A DNA stretch of 64,000 bases, taken from NCBI GenBank assembly GCA_965198175.1, contig OZ240245.1, forward strand, positions 288,001 to 352,000. Direction: 5' to 3'. This document shows, piece by piece, positions 40,876-50,756 of the stretch (position 1 is its first letter; the number at the start of each line of letters is the position of its first letter). The stretch is from Candidatus Poribacteria bacterium. Its GTDB lineage: Bacteria > Poribacteria > WGA-4E > PCPOR2b. The translations under genes and the position numbers were made by a program. Under the pieces are notes generated by a model. It was not told where the DNA came from. It was given only the letters and a program-made list of their open reading frames with translations, and made no database searches.

Positions 40876-42663
40876 ATGCCAGCAAATCACCTCAGTTGGA
40901 CCACAAAATCTGATAGATCAAGCGAACGAATAGTGAGTGCGATAGTCTTCTTGCCGGTCAGGACTATCGCCTTCGCTATTCGCTCAGTTGATTCCTCCAG
41001 TTTCTTATTCACAATCTATTGTCTTGTGTTATTTACTGTCAGCACAATCGCTGTCGCGGATGCTACCGTTCAATTCGTCGATGTTACTCAATCTGCGGGC
41101 ATCCATTTTACTCATGTTGATGGGCGCAGCGGGCAGAAATTCTTCATGGAAACCCTTGGATCCGGTGCTGCATTCTTCGATTATGACAACGACGGAGATC
41201 CAGACCTGTACTTCGTCAACGGTGCGCCCTTACCGGGTTATCAGAGCACAGAAGTTCCCATCAATCAGCTTTACCGAAACAGCGGGGATGGGACCTTCAT
41301 CGATGTGACCGAAAAGGCAGGAGTGGGTGACACCGGTTACGGGCACGGCTGCGCGGTCGGCGATTACAATGATGACGGCTATCCTGATCTCTATGTTACA
41401 AACTATGGCCCCAATGTGCTCTATCGAAACAACGGCGACGGCACGTTTACCGATGTGACAGGGAACGCCGGCGTGGAGGAACCGAAGTGGAGCAGCAGTT
41501 GTGCATTTGCTGATTATGACCGCGATGGCGACCTCGATCTCTATGTGGTCAATTATATTGAGTTCAGTCTTGAAGACAACCCCTGGTGTGGTCGGAAGGA
41601 TAAGCGCATCAGGGGTTACTGCGAACCAAATAATTTTATGGGGCTGCCGGATACACTTTATCAGAATAATGGAGATGGTACCTTCACCGATGTGACCCGG
41701 CAATCTGGGATTTACAATCCAAATGGGAAAGGTCTGGGTGTGGTGTGGGGCGATTACGACAACGATGGGTATCCGGATATCTACATCGCCAATGACTCGA
41801 CCGAAAATTTCTTATTTAAGAATAAAGGGGATGGCACATTTGAAGAATTGGGATTTTCCACCGGCGTTGCGTTTAGCGAAACCGGGGTGGCAGAGAACGG
41901 GATGGGCACGGCATTTGGCGATTGGAATAATGATGGATGGCTGGATTTGATTGTGACAAATTACGCGGACCAAGCAAACACGCTCTATCATAATGACCAA
42001 GCTGGCTTCTTTACCGATGTGTCGACTGCCTCGAAAACGGCGTATGTTAGTTATCCCTATCTCGGTTGGGCAACAGAATTTATTGACCACGATAATGATG
42101 GCTACCTAGACCTGTTTGTCGCTAACGGTCACCTCCACGATAATCTTAAAGAGATGGGAAGGGACGGCACCTATGGGCAGCGAAACTTCCTGTTCCGAAA
42201 TAATCGCGATGGTGCTTTCACAGAAATCGCCAGTCAACTAGGCCCAGGGATGCGCCTTGCAGATGTGAGTCGTGGAACAGCGTTTGCGGATTACGATTCA
42301 GATGGGGACATCGATATTTTGGTGACCAATTCCAACAGTTCGCCTAGCTTGTTGCGCAATGATGGAGGAAACAAAAACAATTGGTTGGCTGTTAAGTTAA
42401 TTGGGATAAAGGGAGTGACAGATGCAATTGGTACGCGTGTGACTGTCAACATGGGCGAATTTTCCCAAATGAAAGAGGTCCGGAGTGGTTCCGGTTATTT
42501 GTCGCAAAACGAACTCAAACTCCTGTTTGGACTCGGTAAGTGCACCACCGTCTCGCACATAGAGATTCAATGGCAAAGCGGGGGAAAGCAACACATTAGA
42601 AATATCGACGCGAACCAGTGCATCGTTGTTACAGAAGGCGGCGGCTGGAAGCGGAAAGGTTAA
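40876..42663 (+). CDS. CRTAC1 / ASPIC-UnbV family FG-GAP repeat protein
   Basis: Repeated DYDNDG.PDLY and LYRNNGDGTFTDVT; C-terminal DAIGTRV..GSGYLSQ..L.FGLG. Confidence 0.92.
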   Translation: MPANHLSWTTKSDRSSERIVSAIVFLPVRTIAFAIRSVDSSSFLFTIYCLVLFTVSTIAVADATVQFVDVTQSAGIHFTHVDGRSGQKFFMETLGSGAAFFDYDNDGDPDLYFVNGAPLPGYQSTEVPINQLYRNSGDGTFIDVTEKAGVGDTGYGHGCAVGDYNDDGYPDLYVTNYGPNVLYRNNGDGTFTDVTGNAGVEEPKWSSSCAFADYDRDGDLDLYVVNYIEFSLEDNPWCGRKDKRIRGYCEPNNFMGLPDTLYQNNGDGTFTDVTRQSGIYNPNGKGLGVVWGDYDNDGYPDIYIANDSTENFLFKNKGDGTFEELGFSTGVAFSETGVAENGMGTAFGDWNNDGWLDLIVTNYADQANTLYHNDQAGFFTDVSTASKTAYVSYPYLGWATEFIDHDNDGYLDLFVANGHLHDNLKEMGRDGTYGQRNFLFRNNRDGAFTEIASQLGPGMRLADVSRGTAFADYDSDGDIDILVTNSNSSPSLLRNDGGNKNNWLAVKLIGIKGVTDAIGTRVTVNMGEFSQMKEVRSGSGYLSQNELKLLFGLGKCTTVSHIEIQWQSGGKQHIRNIDANQCIVVTEGGGWKRKG

Positions 42664-42844
42664 CCCATAGCTCGATTTACAAAAATCTTATACGCTGCGG
42701 TTCTACATGGCTGACTGTGCGATGGCGACATGGCGCCCTTTCAATCAGTAGATGATTCGACTACGCAAGCCACACCACAAATCATGAGTGACTCTGGAAC
42801 ACGAGGCGGATGTGAGTCATATTACGAATGGTTGTGAACTTTCT

Positions 42845-43165
42845 TCATTCCGGCACATCAATTTCCAGGCTCAACAGGAGGAACGAATACGACTTCCCAT
42901 GAGTATCGAGAGCCAATGATTTGGTTACCCCACCGCCCAAGCAATTTTCGAGGACAAAATTTAGGGCGGAAACGTTGGGTACTTCGTACCGCACAATCTC
43001 GCCATGGCAAATTTCCCGGAACAATGCTCGAACCCGTTCCACGGTGACCTCACGACACACCAGGTCGTAATCCTCTTCCCGGTAGGGGATGACCGACAGA
43101 TTCACGGCATCCCCCTTATCTCCCGATCGACTATGAGCTATTTCACGGAGTTGGATTCTTTTCAT
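42845..43165 (-). CDS. AtuA-related small protein (C-terminal-domain homologue of acyclic terpene utilisation AtuA)
   Basis: LREIAHSRSGDKGD, ALNFVL..LGGG..SL.LD.HGK. Confidence 0.75.
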   Translation of the reverse strand: MKRIQLREIAHSRSGDKGDAVNLSVIPYREEDYDLVCREVTVERVRALFREICHGEIVRYEVPNVSALNFVLENCLGGGVTKSLALDTHGKSYSFLLLSLEIDVPE

Positions 43166-43251
43166 TCACCACCTCTGTCAGGTGTATTCTACGAACATGT
43201 TGCTGCGAACGGAGTCTGAACATGGTAATTAAACCCACTGCCGGTGATTTC

Positions 43252-44835
43252 TTACTTTGAGCCGTTTGGGTCAATAGGGTCGCCGGGTTTCCCATTCACC
43301 AGTAGACGAATCGCAAGCCCAAACGTATGTGTGAACAGGCGCCCTTTTTCTTGAAGATGCCAGTTTTCTAAAAGGCATGCGTCGAGAGATTGCGCATCAA
43401 CCTCAATAGTATCATCGTGGATATTGACTTTCACGCTCTGAACAACCGATTTGTGTTGATGGTCTAGTGCATCCGCGATGCGCAAAATAGCGGCGAGCTT
43501 CGTTACCCGTTCCTTTTCAGCATACGAAAGCGCCTGAAAATGAGCGTGCTTCTGTTCATTGGGGAACGCTTTGCGATGATAACGGGCGATATTAGCGATG
43601 AGTTCAAGTTGCTGCGGGTGAAGCCCAACAACCTCCGAATTTGTTATCAAGTAGTAAGAGTGTTTATGGTGAGCGCTCGAGTTGATATAGCCGCCAATTT
43701 CATGGAGTGTCGCAGCTACACACAGAATCATTCGAGATTCCTGGGACAACTGATGCAAGGGTTGCAATTGATTAAATAGCAACTCCGCCAGATAACGGAC
43801 TTGTTGCGCGTGCCCCAGATGAAAGTGGTACTTGTGTCCAAGTGCAGTCGCCGCTTTGAGGATTTCTTCTTCCTCCAAGGTAGTATCCCATGAATTTCGG
43901 AAGCGATCAGTCATCTCTGCAAGTACTCCATCCTTGAGCCCGACATTCGCGGCATAAATCCCTTTCGCAGCTACTACATTACTCAGCACTTCGGTAAGCA
44001 CGAGACTTGCTGGCAAAATGACATCCGCCCGATCTGCGCGCATGTCGTAGCGCTTCATACGTTCTCTCGCGCTCTGTTTAGAAATCTCTTTGACGAAACG
44101 CCGGAAATCGCGCAGTGGAATAAAACGGACATCCTCCGGAAAACCGTTTCCTTCTTTTTCGGCAATCCCGATTTGTCTGCTGATCTCTTCGACATTTCCA
44201 CCGGTACCTAGCACTAGGTCAATTTTGTAGGTGTTGATTGCATCTAGAGTCGTTTCGAGCAGTTGCTCCATGTAAGCCTTAAGCAGTAGAACCTGCAGGT
44301 CTGAAATGGAATCTGTTCGGAGAAAGGTTTCACACAACCGCACCGTGCCCAATCGCAGGCTGTTGGAGTACACAATCGAACCGCGATCGATGACGTCGAA
44401 TTCAACACTTCCGCCTCCGATGTCGATGACGAGAGCGGTTTTGTCGCGGAGATTGACTTTCCGCGTTACAGCGAGTTGGACGAGACGGGCTTCCTCCCCA
44501 CCGGAAATTCGCTCCAATTGGATGCCCGAACTACTGTGGATACGTTTTACAAAATTATCACCGTTGATAGCTTCACGCGTCGCGCTAGTCGCAATGGCAC
44601 GAGTGGAATGGACTTTCGACTTCTTAAGGACATCTCGGAATTCTCCAAACGCCTCTATCGCTTGCTGGATAGCCTCTTCGGCTAGAAAACCTGTTAAGAA
44701 AACCTCATGCCCTAAACGCACAGGAGCCCGGCATTGATAAATTTGTTCAATAGATCCATCCGCTTGCACTTGAACGATTTTAAGCCGCATGGCGTTGGAT
44801 CCAACGTCAATGGCGGCAAACGATGCGTTTTCCAT
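43252..44835 (-). CDS. ppx: Ppx/GppA exopolyphosphatase with HD-like C-terminal domain
   Basis: AAIDVGSNA, ATSATREA.N, ISGGEEA, DIGGGSVE, GLKDG, H...V, LHEIG, IARYHRK. Confidence 0.9.
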   Translation of the reverse strand: MENASFAAIDVGSNAMRLKIVQVQADGSIEQIYQCRAPVRLGHEVFLTGFLAEEAIQQAIEAFGEFRDVLKKSKVHSTRAIATSATREAINGDNFVKRIHSSSGIQLERISGGEEARLVQLAVTRKVNLRDKTALVIDIGGGSVEFDVIDRGSIVYSNSLRLGTVRLCETFLRTDSISDLQVLLLKAYMEQLLETTLDAINTYKIDLVLGTGGNVEEISRQIGIAEKEGNGFPEDVRFIPLRDFRRFVKEISKQSARERMKRYDMRADRADVILPASLVLTEVLSNVVAAKGIYAANVGLKDGVLAEMTDRFRNSWDTTLEEEEILKAATALGHKYHFHLGHAQQVRYLAELLFNQLQPLHQLSQESRMILCVAATLHEIGGYINSSAHHKHSYYLITNSEVVGLHPQQLELIANIARYHRKAFPNEQKHAHFQALSYAEKERVTKLAAILRIADALDHQHKSVVQSVKVNIHDDTIEVDAQSLDACLLENWHLQEKGRLFTHTFGLAIRLLVNGKPGDPIDPNGSK

Positions 44836-45002
44836 ATTTATTTCCTCAACACCCAACATATTTACAGAACGTGAGTTTAGCACATCTGTCATCATCAAGT
44901 CAACTCAATCCCACGCTAACTAGAAATCTCCGATGTGTAACACAAGATGCTATCCTATGCTGCTAATATAGGATAGGCAACTTCTATTATTTTCTAGACG
45001 GT

Positions 45003-45031
45003 TTGACATCAATCGAAAATTCGTGTAAAAT
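45003..45031 (+). promoter_or_regulatory. sigma70-type promoter of the BMC-P genes
   Basis: TTGACA-17-TAAAAT. Confidence 0.65.
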
Positions 45032-45195
45032 TACGGTGGAAAACTTAAATGTCAAACCCTTCCACTTTCGAAGTCTTTAACTCATACCGAGCATCAAAAT
45101 GCTTCGAAAAAGAGGGAATCCAAACTGAGCAATCACCGTCTCGAAGCCTGTCGAATTAAGTACGATTGCGACGAAAATACTCGGAAGCGAGATTC

Positions 45196-45477
45196 ATGGA
45201 TATTGGAAGAATCATTGGAACTGTGGTTGCGACTCGAAAGGACCCGAGCTTAATTGGGACACGGCTATTAGTTGTACAGCCTCTCGATGCTAACGGCGAC
45301 CCTGTAGCCTCCCCCCTTATTGCCGTAGACCCCTACGGCACCGCCGGTTATGAGGACATTATCTATATGGTCACGGGTGGTGACGCGATCGCTGTCATTT
45401 CAGGACGTCAAATGCCCGTTGACGTTGCTATTGTCGGAATCGTTGATTCCATGACCGTAGCTAGTACAGAGGACTGA
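45196..45477 (+). CDS. EutN/CcmL microcompartment vertex protein
   Basis: M.IGRIIGTVVATRK..L.G..LLVVQP..AVD..G..PVDVAIVGIVD. Confidence 0.92.
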   Translation: MDIGRIIGTVVATRKDPSLIGTRLLVVQPLDANGDPVASPLIAVDPYGTAGYEDIIYMVTGGDAIAVISGRQMPVDVAIVGIVDSMTVASTED

Positions 45478-45479
45478 AG

Positions 45480-45776
45480 ATGTTTATTGCAGAGGTAATT
45501 GGGAAGATTGTCTCGGTAATTAAGCACTCAGCTTACGAGAATCGAACCCTATTACTTATTCAACCTTTGAATTTAGAATCCAAGCCCGTCAAAACCCCAA
45601 CAATCGCTGTCGATTACGTCGGGGCTGGCGAAGGTGACATCGTCCTTGTTGGGGCGGGACCGGGCGTAGCTCAGGAGGTCTTTGGCGTCGAAGATGCACC
45701 GATTAGAGAACTTGTAATGGGCATTATTGATCGATTTGATGTAGATGAATTAGATGAAACCAAGCACAAAATGTAG
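45480..45776 (+). CDS. EutN/CcmL microcompartment vertex protein
   Basis: MFIAEVIG.IVS..K..AVDYVGAGEGD.VLV..GIID. Confidence 0.9.
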   Translation: MFIAEVIGKIVSVIKHSAYENRTLLLIQPLNLESKPVKTPTIAVDYVGAGEGDIVLVGAGPGVAQEVFGVEDAPIRELVMGIIDRFDVDELDETKHKM

Positions 45777-45907
45777 CAAAATGTGAAAACATCTAACGCC
45801 TTTATACGTTACTATTGTAGCATACACCATATATCTCGTCTGAATCCGGGCGTTAGCGGACTATTCTAATCATCAACTCTCAACAATCGATAAAAGGAAG
45901 TCGTACC

Positions 45908-46672
45908 TTGTTAATTCCATTGCCCAGCCCGCCTCAAGTGGACAAACCTTCTAAAATTCCTCGGACGGTGCAGTTGTTAATTATTGCCAATGTCTTCGTT
46001 TTTGCGTATCAACTTTATTATTGGCATTTTTGGGAGTTGAATCTCTCGGAACAGTACGGTACAATTCCCCAAAAGATCAGCGATTCTGTTTTGTTTTTAC
46101 CGCAACTCCCAGACCTATCTCAGCCAACCCTAATTACTTCCCTATTTCTGCATGATGCATATAGCTTACAAGGGGGCTTTGTCCATCTCATCGGTAATAT
46201 GCTTTATCTCTCAGCGTTTGGGCCCAATCTTGAGAACGTAATTGGACGGATGAAATTCCTCTTGTTTTATCTGTTATGCGGTGTGTTAGCCACCCTCTTT
46301 TATGTCGTGTTTCACTATAACTCCGATGTGCCTTTGATTGGCGCGAGCGGCGCAATTGCAGGGGTGATGGGCGCGCACCTTATCGCTTATCCCAAATCTC
46401 GCATTCGATGTCTGTTTCTGATTTATATCGTCTCTTTGCCGGCGAGCGTTGTGCTTGTCCCTTGGATACTAGTCCAAGTGTTTAATTTCGTTTATCTTTC
46501 CTCCCAAGGTGCCACGGTGGCTTGGTTAGCCCACATTGGCGGTTTTTTGGCAGGGGTGTTTTTTATTGGAAAATTCCAACTTTCATGGTTACCTCGGAAA
46601 CGTGAGTCCGCCAATAGCTTAAAACATAAATATTCGAATGCTAAAATCCCGATAATGAAGATTGGCCGCTAA
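45908..46672 (+). CDS. Rhomboid intramembrane serine protease
   Basis: HLIGNM, GASGA, AHIGGF..G. Confidence 0.92.
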   Translation: MLIPLPSPPQVDKPSKIPRTVQLLIIANVFVFAYQLYYWHFWELNLSEQYGTIPQKISDSVLFLPQLPDLSQPTLITSLFLHDAYSLQGGFVHLIGNMLYLSAFGPNLENVIGRMKFLLFYLLCGVLATLFYVVFHYNSDVPLIGASGAIAGVMGAHLIAYPKSRIRCLFLIYIVSLPASVVLVPWILVQVFNFVYLSSQGATVAWLAHIGGFLAGVFFIGKFQLSWLPRKRESANSLKHKYSNAKIPIMKIGR

Positions 46673-46814
46673 TAGTTTAAGCTGCCTATAATCCTTGCAC
46701 TGCAGCGACCAGTAACACATTTGGGCATTGCATCGTTCCAATCGAGATTTTTTGTGCAATACGCATGACGCGATTGGAAAAACTGTAACTTACAATATTA
46801 AGGAGATTGATGAA

Positions 46815-48008
46815 TTGACAAGTAATTATCGACATCTACTTTTAGGGTTGTCGCTTTGTGTATTGTTGATATACTTTTCCGCTCTTGATATTGCAGCCCG
46901 TCCGGAGTTTGCAGCACGGGAAAATAAGGATTGCAGTTTCTGCCATATTGATCCGGCAGGCGGAGGTCCGCGCAACACAGTCGGGCAAGTTTTTGAAGAT
47001 AACTACTTTGAATTTCCCGAAGATTTCGACCCAGCGTCACTTATGGCTGAGGCGAAAGAAATCGCGCAAAGACTAACGACAGCGGTGGATATCCGTACCG
47101 CTTACATCAAGACGACCGATGTCGTACACGAAGAGGAGACGCTTGCCAATTGTTCCTCATGTCATTCATCCGTTGATAGCTTTCTGATGATGCAGGGGGA
47201 ACTGACCGTCAACGCCGAGGCGTCCGAAAAACTCAGATTGACCTTGTCTAACAACTTAGGCGCAATGCTCAACGCTTTTGCGACGGTCGATGCGATTCCG
47301 GAACGCCTCTACGTCAAAGTCGGCCAATTCCGAGTTCCATTTGGTCTCAAACAAAAAGACCATAACATTCTCGTTCGGGGTGGATACAACCTCGGATCCA
47401 ATAAACGGGACGTCGGCATTGAAGTCGGCGGGTCATACAGTAAGTTATTCTATAACGCAGCCGTATTCAACGGTGGAAACGCGACGATATTCTCTGGCGG
47501 TCGCGCATCTGATGTGGATGAAAATCACCACAAGGCTTGGGTTGCAACTGTTGGTGGCAATGCTGGACCTTTGCGGGCGGGTGTTTCCCATCTTATCAAT
47601 AAATCACAAGAGCAGCGCAACATGACCGTTGGAGCGTTTCTGACCGCGGCTCACAAAGACTTGGTTCTCGAAGGGGAATTCAATTTTGGCGGTAACTTCC
47701 ACGACGGTGAGAGTATCAGTTTCGGGGATGAGGATATCGACTCCAAAGGTTACTATTTCGGCGCCAAATATCATTTGATGCGGGGACTCGTATTGTCGGG
47801 TCGCTACGGCTTGTTCGATTTAAATCGAAAGATAGCAGGTGATGCGAAGAAACGTGTTACTATCGCCGCACAATACACGTTTATGAAAAGTGGTTCCCTT
47901 GAGTTACTCTATTGGATCAACATTGAGAATAAGAACCGGACCGATAATAATTCGCGTCAACTTCGAGGCGTAGATCAGTTGATTCTGATGTCACACTTTT
48001 GGTTTTAG
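46815..48008 (+). CDS. Cytochrome c-porin fusion (Cyc2-like architecture) with two CxxCH motifs
   Basis: TTG start after AAGGAG; signal peptide; ARPEFAARENKDCSFCH and CSSCH; beta-barrel strands; terminal HFWF. Confidence 0.7.
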   Translation: MTSNYRHLLLGLSLCVLLIYFSALDIAARPEFAARENKDCSFCHIDPAGGGPRNTVGQVFEDNYFEFPEDFDPASLMAEAKEIAQRLTTAVDIRTAYIKTTDVVHEEETLANCSSCHSSVDSFLMMQGELTVNAEASEKLRLTLSNNLGAMLNAFATVDAIPERLYVKVGQFRVPFGLKQKDHNILVRGGYNLGSNKRDVGIEVGGSYSKLFYNAAVFNGGNATIFSGGRASDVDENHHKAWVATVGGNAGPLRAGVSHLINKSQEQRNMTVGAFLTAAHKDLVLEGEFNFGGNFHDGESISFGDEDIDSKGYYFGAKYHLMRGLVLSGRYGLFDLNRKIAGDAKKRVTIAAQYTFMKSGSLELLYWINIENKNRTDNNSRQLRGVDQLILMSHFWF

Positions 48009-48027
48009 TACCCTGGCTAAATAATGT

Positions 48028-48180
48028 TAGGACTTGCGCAATTCAGACTGTCGTTGCCCGATTCATAGGGCGCCGCCGGGCATCTTGCCACCTACACACA
48101 TTGTAGGCGGGGCATCTTGCCCCGCATTCGGGATAAAGCATCGTATTACAACACCTCATCGTTCAACTGCGTACGTCCTA
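48028..48180. mobile_element. MITE-like element with target-site duplication
   Basis: TIRs TAGGACTTGCGCAATT / AACTGCGTACGTCCTA, flanked by TAATGT on both sides; internal GTAGGCGGGGCATCTTGCCCCGC hairpin. Confidence 0.65.
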
Positions 48181-48249
48181 TAATGTATTAGATCCACGTA
48201 ACATCACGTTTTTATTTTCAGCATCCTACAGTAAAGAAAGGATTCAACC

Positions 48250-48582
48250 ATGTCTGTTGCATTACGTATACACGATCGCCGGTTAAAACTTAAGATGACG
48301 CAGACCCAGCTCGCACAAAAGGCGAATCTGACGCCTGCAGCAATATCTCAGTTTGAATCTGGCACACGTAAGCCATCATTCGATACACTTTCAAGTTTAG
48401 CCGATGCCCTGAAAGTTACTACGGACTATCTACTCGGCAAAAAGGAACAAAGCTACGACGATCTTTTAGCCGATCCGAAAGTCAGCATTATGTTTCGAGG
48501 CATCATGGAATTCCCGGAGAAAGACAAAGAGACGATGTTTGAATTTTACGAATTTCTCAAAGCTAAGAATGAAAGAGAGTGA
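48250..48582 (+). CDS. XRE-family HTH regulator
   Basis: MTQTQLAQKANLTPAAISQFESGTRKPS. Confidence 0.92.
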   Translation: MSVALRIHDRRLKLKMTQTQLAQKANLTPAAISQFESGTRKPSFDTLSSLADALKVTTDYLLGKKEQSYDDLLADPKVSIMFRGIMEFPEKDKETMFEFYEFLKAKNERE

Positions 48583-48605
48583 AGCAAAGTATTTGCTGAC
48601 TGAAG

Positions 48606-49439
48606 ATGGCTGGACGAAATTCCCTAAACTGGTCTAACGCTGCACAGAGGCTGTCACCCAAATCCCGTCATCCTGCTGAATGTGCCCGTCGCTTACTACA
48701 AGAGTTAAATATTCAAGCTATCCCAATTCAACCCCGAAATATTGCGAAACAACTGGAGATTGTCATCTGGGAACGGGAGATGGAAAGTCAATATGACGGC
48801 TGTCTCATGCGGGTCGGGGATGTTTGGGGAATCCTAATCAACAGCCTGATTCAATCTCAATCCCGAAAAAGGTTCACTATTGCTCACGAATTGGGGCATT
48901 ATCACTTGGATCGGGAGGAAACAGCGAAGCGGCTCTGCCACGGAGGGGAACTAGGCTTCTTTAACACACGCGGACCGGAAGAGCAGCGCGCTAACCAGTT
49001 TGCCGTTGAGTTATTGATGCCATCCCCATTTTTTCAGGACGACGCCGAGAAGCTGCCGAACGTCGGGCTGTCCGCAATCGACACGCTCTCCGCCCGGTAT
49101 GCGACTTCCCTTACAAGCACGGCAATTCGCTACACCCGCTTGAGCCGGCATAATTGTGCAATAGTGTTCTCCGAGAATCGACACACTAAGTATTTCGCGT
49201 ATTCAAATGACTTCCGCCGAAATGGCGACTGTTATCTTGTTAAAGACAAGCCGCTTCACCCGGAGGCGTTGGCATGGCACCTTGCTGAAAGCCCCCTTAA
49301 TGAAATTAGAGACAAGAGGGGGAAGGTACCGCTGTCATGCTGGTGTTCCACAAAATCAGACCAGATGATTATCGAGCATTCTCGCTGCTTGCCTCGTATG
49401 AATCAGGTTGTTTCATTCCTTTGGATACCGCAGGAGTGA
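48606..49439 (+). CDS. ImmA/IrrE family Zn metallopeptidase
   Basis: RKRFTIAHELGH, E..ANQFAVELLMP, TSLTSTAIR. Confidence 0.9.
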   Translation: MAGRNSLNWSNAAQRLSPKSRHPAECARRLLQELNIQAIPIQPRNIAKQLEIVIWEREMESQYDGCLMRVGDVWGILINSLIQSQSRKRFTIAHELGHYHLDREETAKRLCHGGELGFFNTRGPEEQRANQFAVELLMPSPFFQDDAEKLPNVGLSAIDTLSARYATSLTSTAIRYTRLSRHNCAIVFSENRHTKYFAYSNDFRRNGDCYLVKDKPLHPEALAWHLAESPLNEIRDKRGKVPLSCWCSTKSDQMIIEHSRCLPRMNQVVSFLWIPQE

Positions 49440-49443
49440 GATG

Positions 49444-49562
49444 TATAGCCATTGCGACTAAAAATTATACATTTACTCATTGGTTTGTAGGAGAGGCTTC
49501 CTAGCCTCGATTATCAATCAGTTGATTCCGCCTTGTGTAAATATGAACCGATAATGACTATA
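49444..49562. mobile_element. Second copy of the TATAGYCATT MITE-like element
   Basis: TATAGCCATTGCGACTAAAAATTATAC...GTGTAAATATGAACCGATAATGACTATA with internal GTAGGAGAGGCTTCCTAGCCTC. Confidence 0.6.
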
Positions 49563-49565
49563 ATT

Positions 49566-50405
49566 TCAGCCGCACTGAGCAATCGCCAGTTTCAAAGTGT
49601 TTTCTAACAAAATTGCTCGTGTCATTGGACCAACCCCGCCAGGCACGGGCGTAATGAACCCCGCCACTTCCTTGACGTTTTCATAGTCCACATCGCCGAT
49701 GAGTCGATTGTCAAGCCGATTGATTCCCACATCAATTACGATTGCCCCTTCTTTAACCATGTCAGCCTTAATCATTTCGGGTTTGCCGGTCGCAACGACC
49801 AAAATGTCCGCGTTTCGCGTCTGTTCTCTGAGATCCCGCGTACGCGAATGGCAGTATGTAACCGTCGCATTGCGGTTGAGTAAAATCAACCCAATCGGTT
49901 TCCCGACAAGGCTGCTGCGCCCCACGCAAACTGCTTGTTTGCCTTCGATTTCTTCGCCCGTTGATTCGATGAGACGAACAATCCCCGCAGGCGTGCACGG
50001 CAGTACGCACTCGCGATTAATCATCAAGTTGCCCAAGTTCGCTGCGCCTAGACCGTCAGTATCTTTTTCCGGTGCGATTGTGTCAATTACCGTCTGCCCA
50101 TCAATCTGGTCGGGGACAGGCATCTGCGCGAGAATCGCGTGTATTTCCTTGCGGTCGTTCAACGTTTGCATCTGGTCAATTACCTCTTCTTGAGTTGTTG
50201 CTTGGCTCATGCGATAAACTTCCGAATGAAAATGGACACGCTCACAGTCCTTCCGTTTGTAATTGACATAAACCGTTGAAGCCGGATCGTTGCCGACTTG
50301 GACCACTGCAATCCCAGGCGTGAATTTCAGCTTTTTCACTTGCCGTCGCGTTTCGCTGCGAATCAATTTGGCGAGCCGGTTCCCGTCAATTATCTCTGCT
50401 GGCAT
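49566..50405 (-). CDS. folD: Methylenetetrahydrofolate dehydrogenase/cyclohydrolase
   Basis: PASTVYV..K, KDTDG, PCTPAG, GRSSLVGKP, TPVPGGVGPMT. Confidence 0.96.
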   Translation of the reverse strand: MPAEIIDGNRLAKLIRSETRRQVKKLKFTPGIAVVQVGNDPASTVYVNYKRKDCERVHFHSEVYRMSQATTQEEVIDQMQTLNDRKEIHAILAQMPVPDQIDGQTVIDTIAPEKDTDGLGAANLGNLMINRECVLPCTPAGIVRLIESTGEEIEGKQAVCVGRSSLVGKPIGLILLNRNATVTYCHSRTRDLREQTRNADILVVATGKPEMIKADMVKEGAIVIDVGINRLDNRLIGDVDYENVKEVAGFITPVPGGVGPMTRAILLENTLKLAIAQCG

Positions 50406-50596
50406 TTTTTGAATTCTTTCTCCTCATTCAATAGTATAACATAAGGCAACCCCTATATGAATTCTTGTATTCGTATGAAAACATCTACAATTATATCATA
50501 GGCGATATTCTTCCATCTATCACTTTCCATCAACTTGAGGATTTTGATACCTCAATTTCGTAGGAATGTGCTAAGATCTCAAGAGAATTTTACACC

Positions 50597-50625
50597 TTGA
50601 CATATCAGACATATTCTGGGATAAT
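50597..50625 (+). promoter_or_regulatory. sigma70-type promoter
   Basis: TTGACA-17-GATAAT preceded by TGG. Confidence 0.55.
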
Positions 50626-50756
50626 CAAAACAACAACAGTCAAAAAAATCTCATGTCAATTTGCAACACACCGCACAAAATCTCGTGGTGTTGTGCAATT
50701 TCGTGCCTTGGTAAACAGTGCTTCGTCGAACTGCTTCCACAAGAAAGCGATGGGCA

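Noticed and set aside
48250..49439. Prophage or ICE
   Set aside because: No integrase, structural or conjugation genes; flanked by housekeeping genes.
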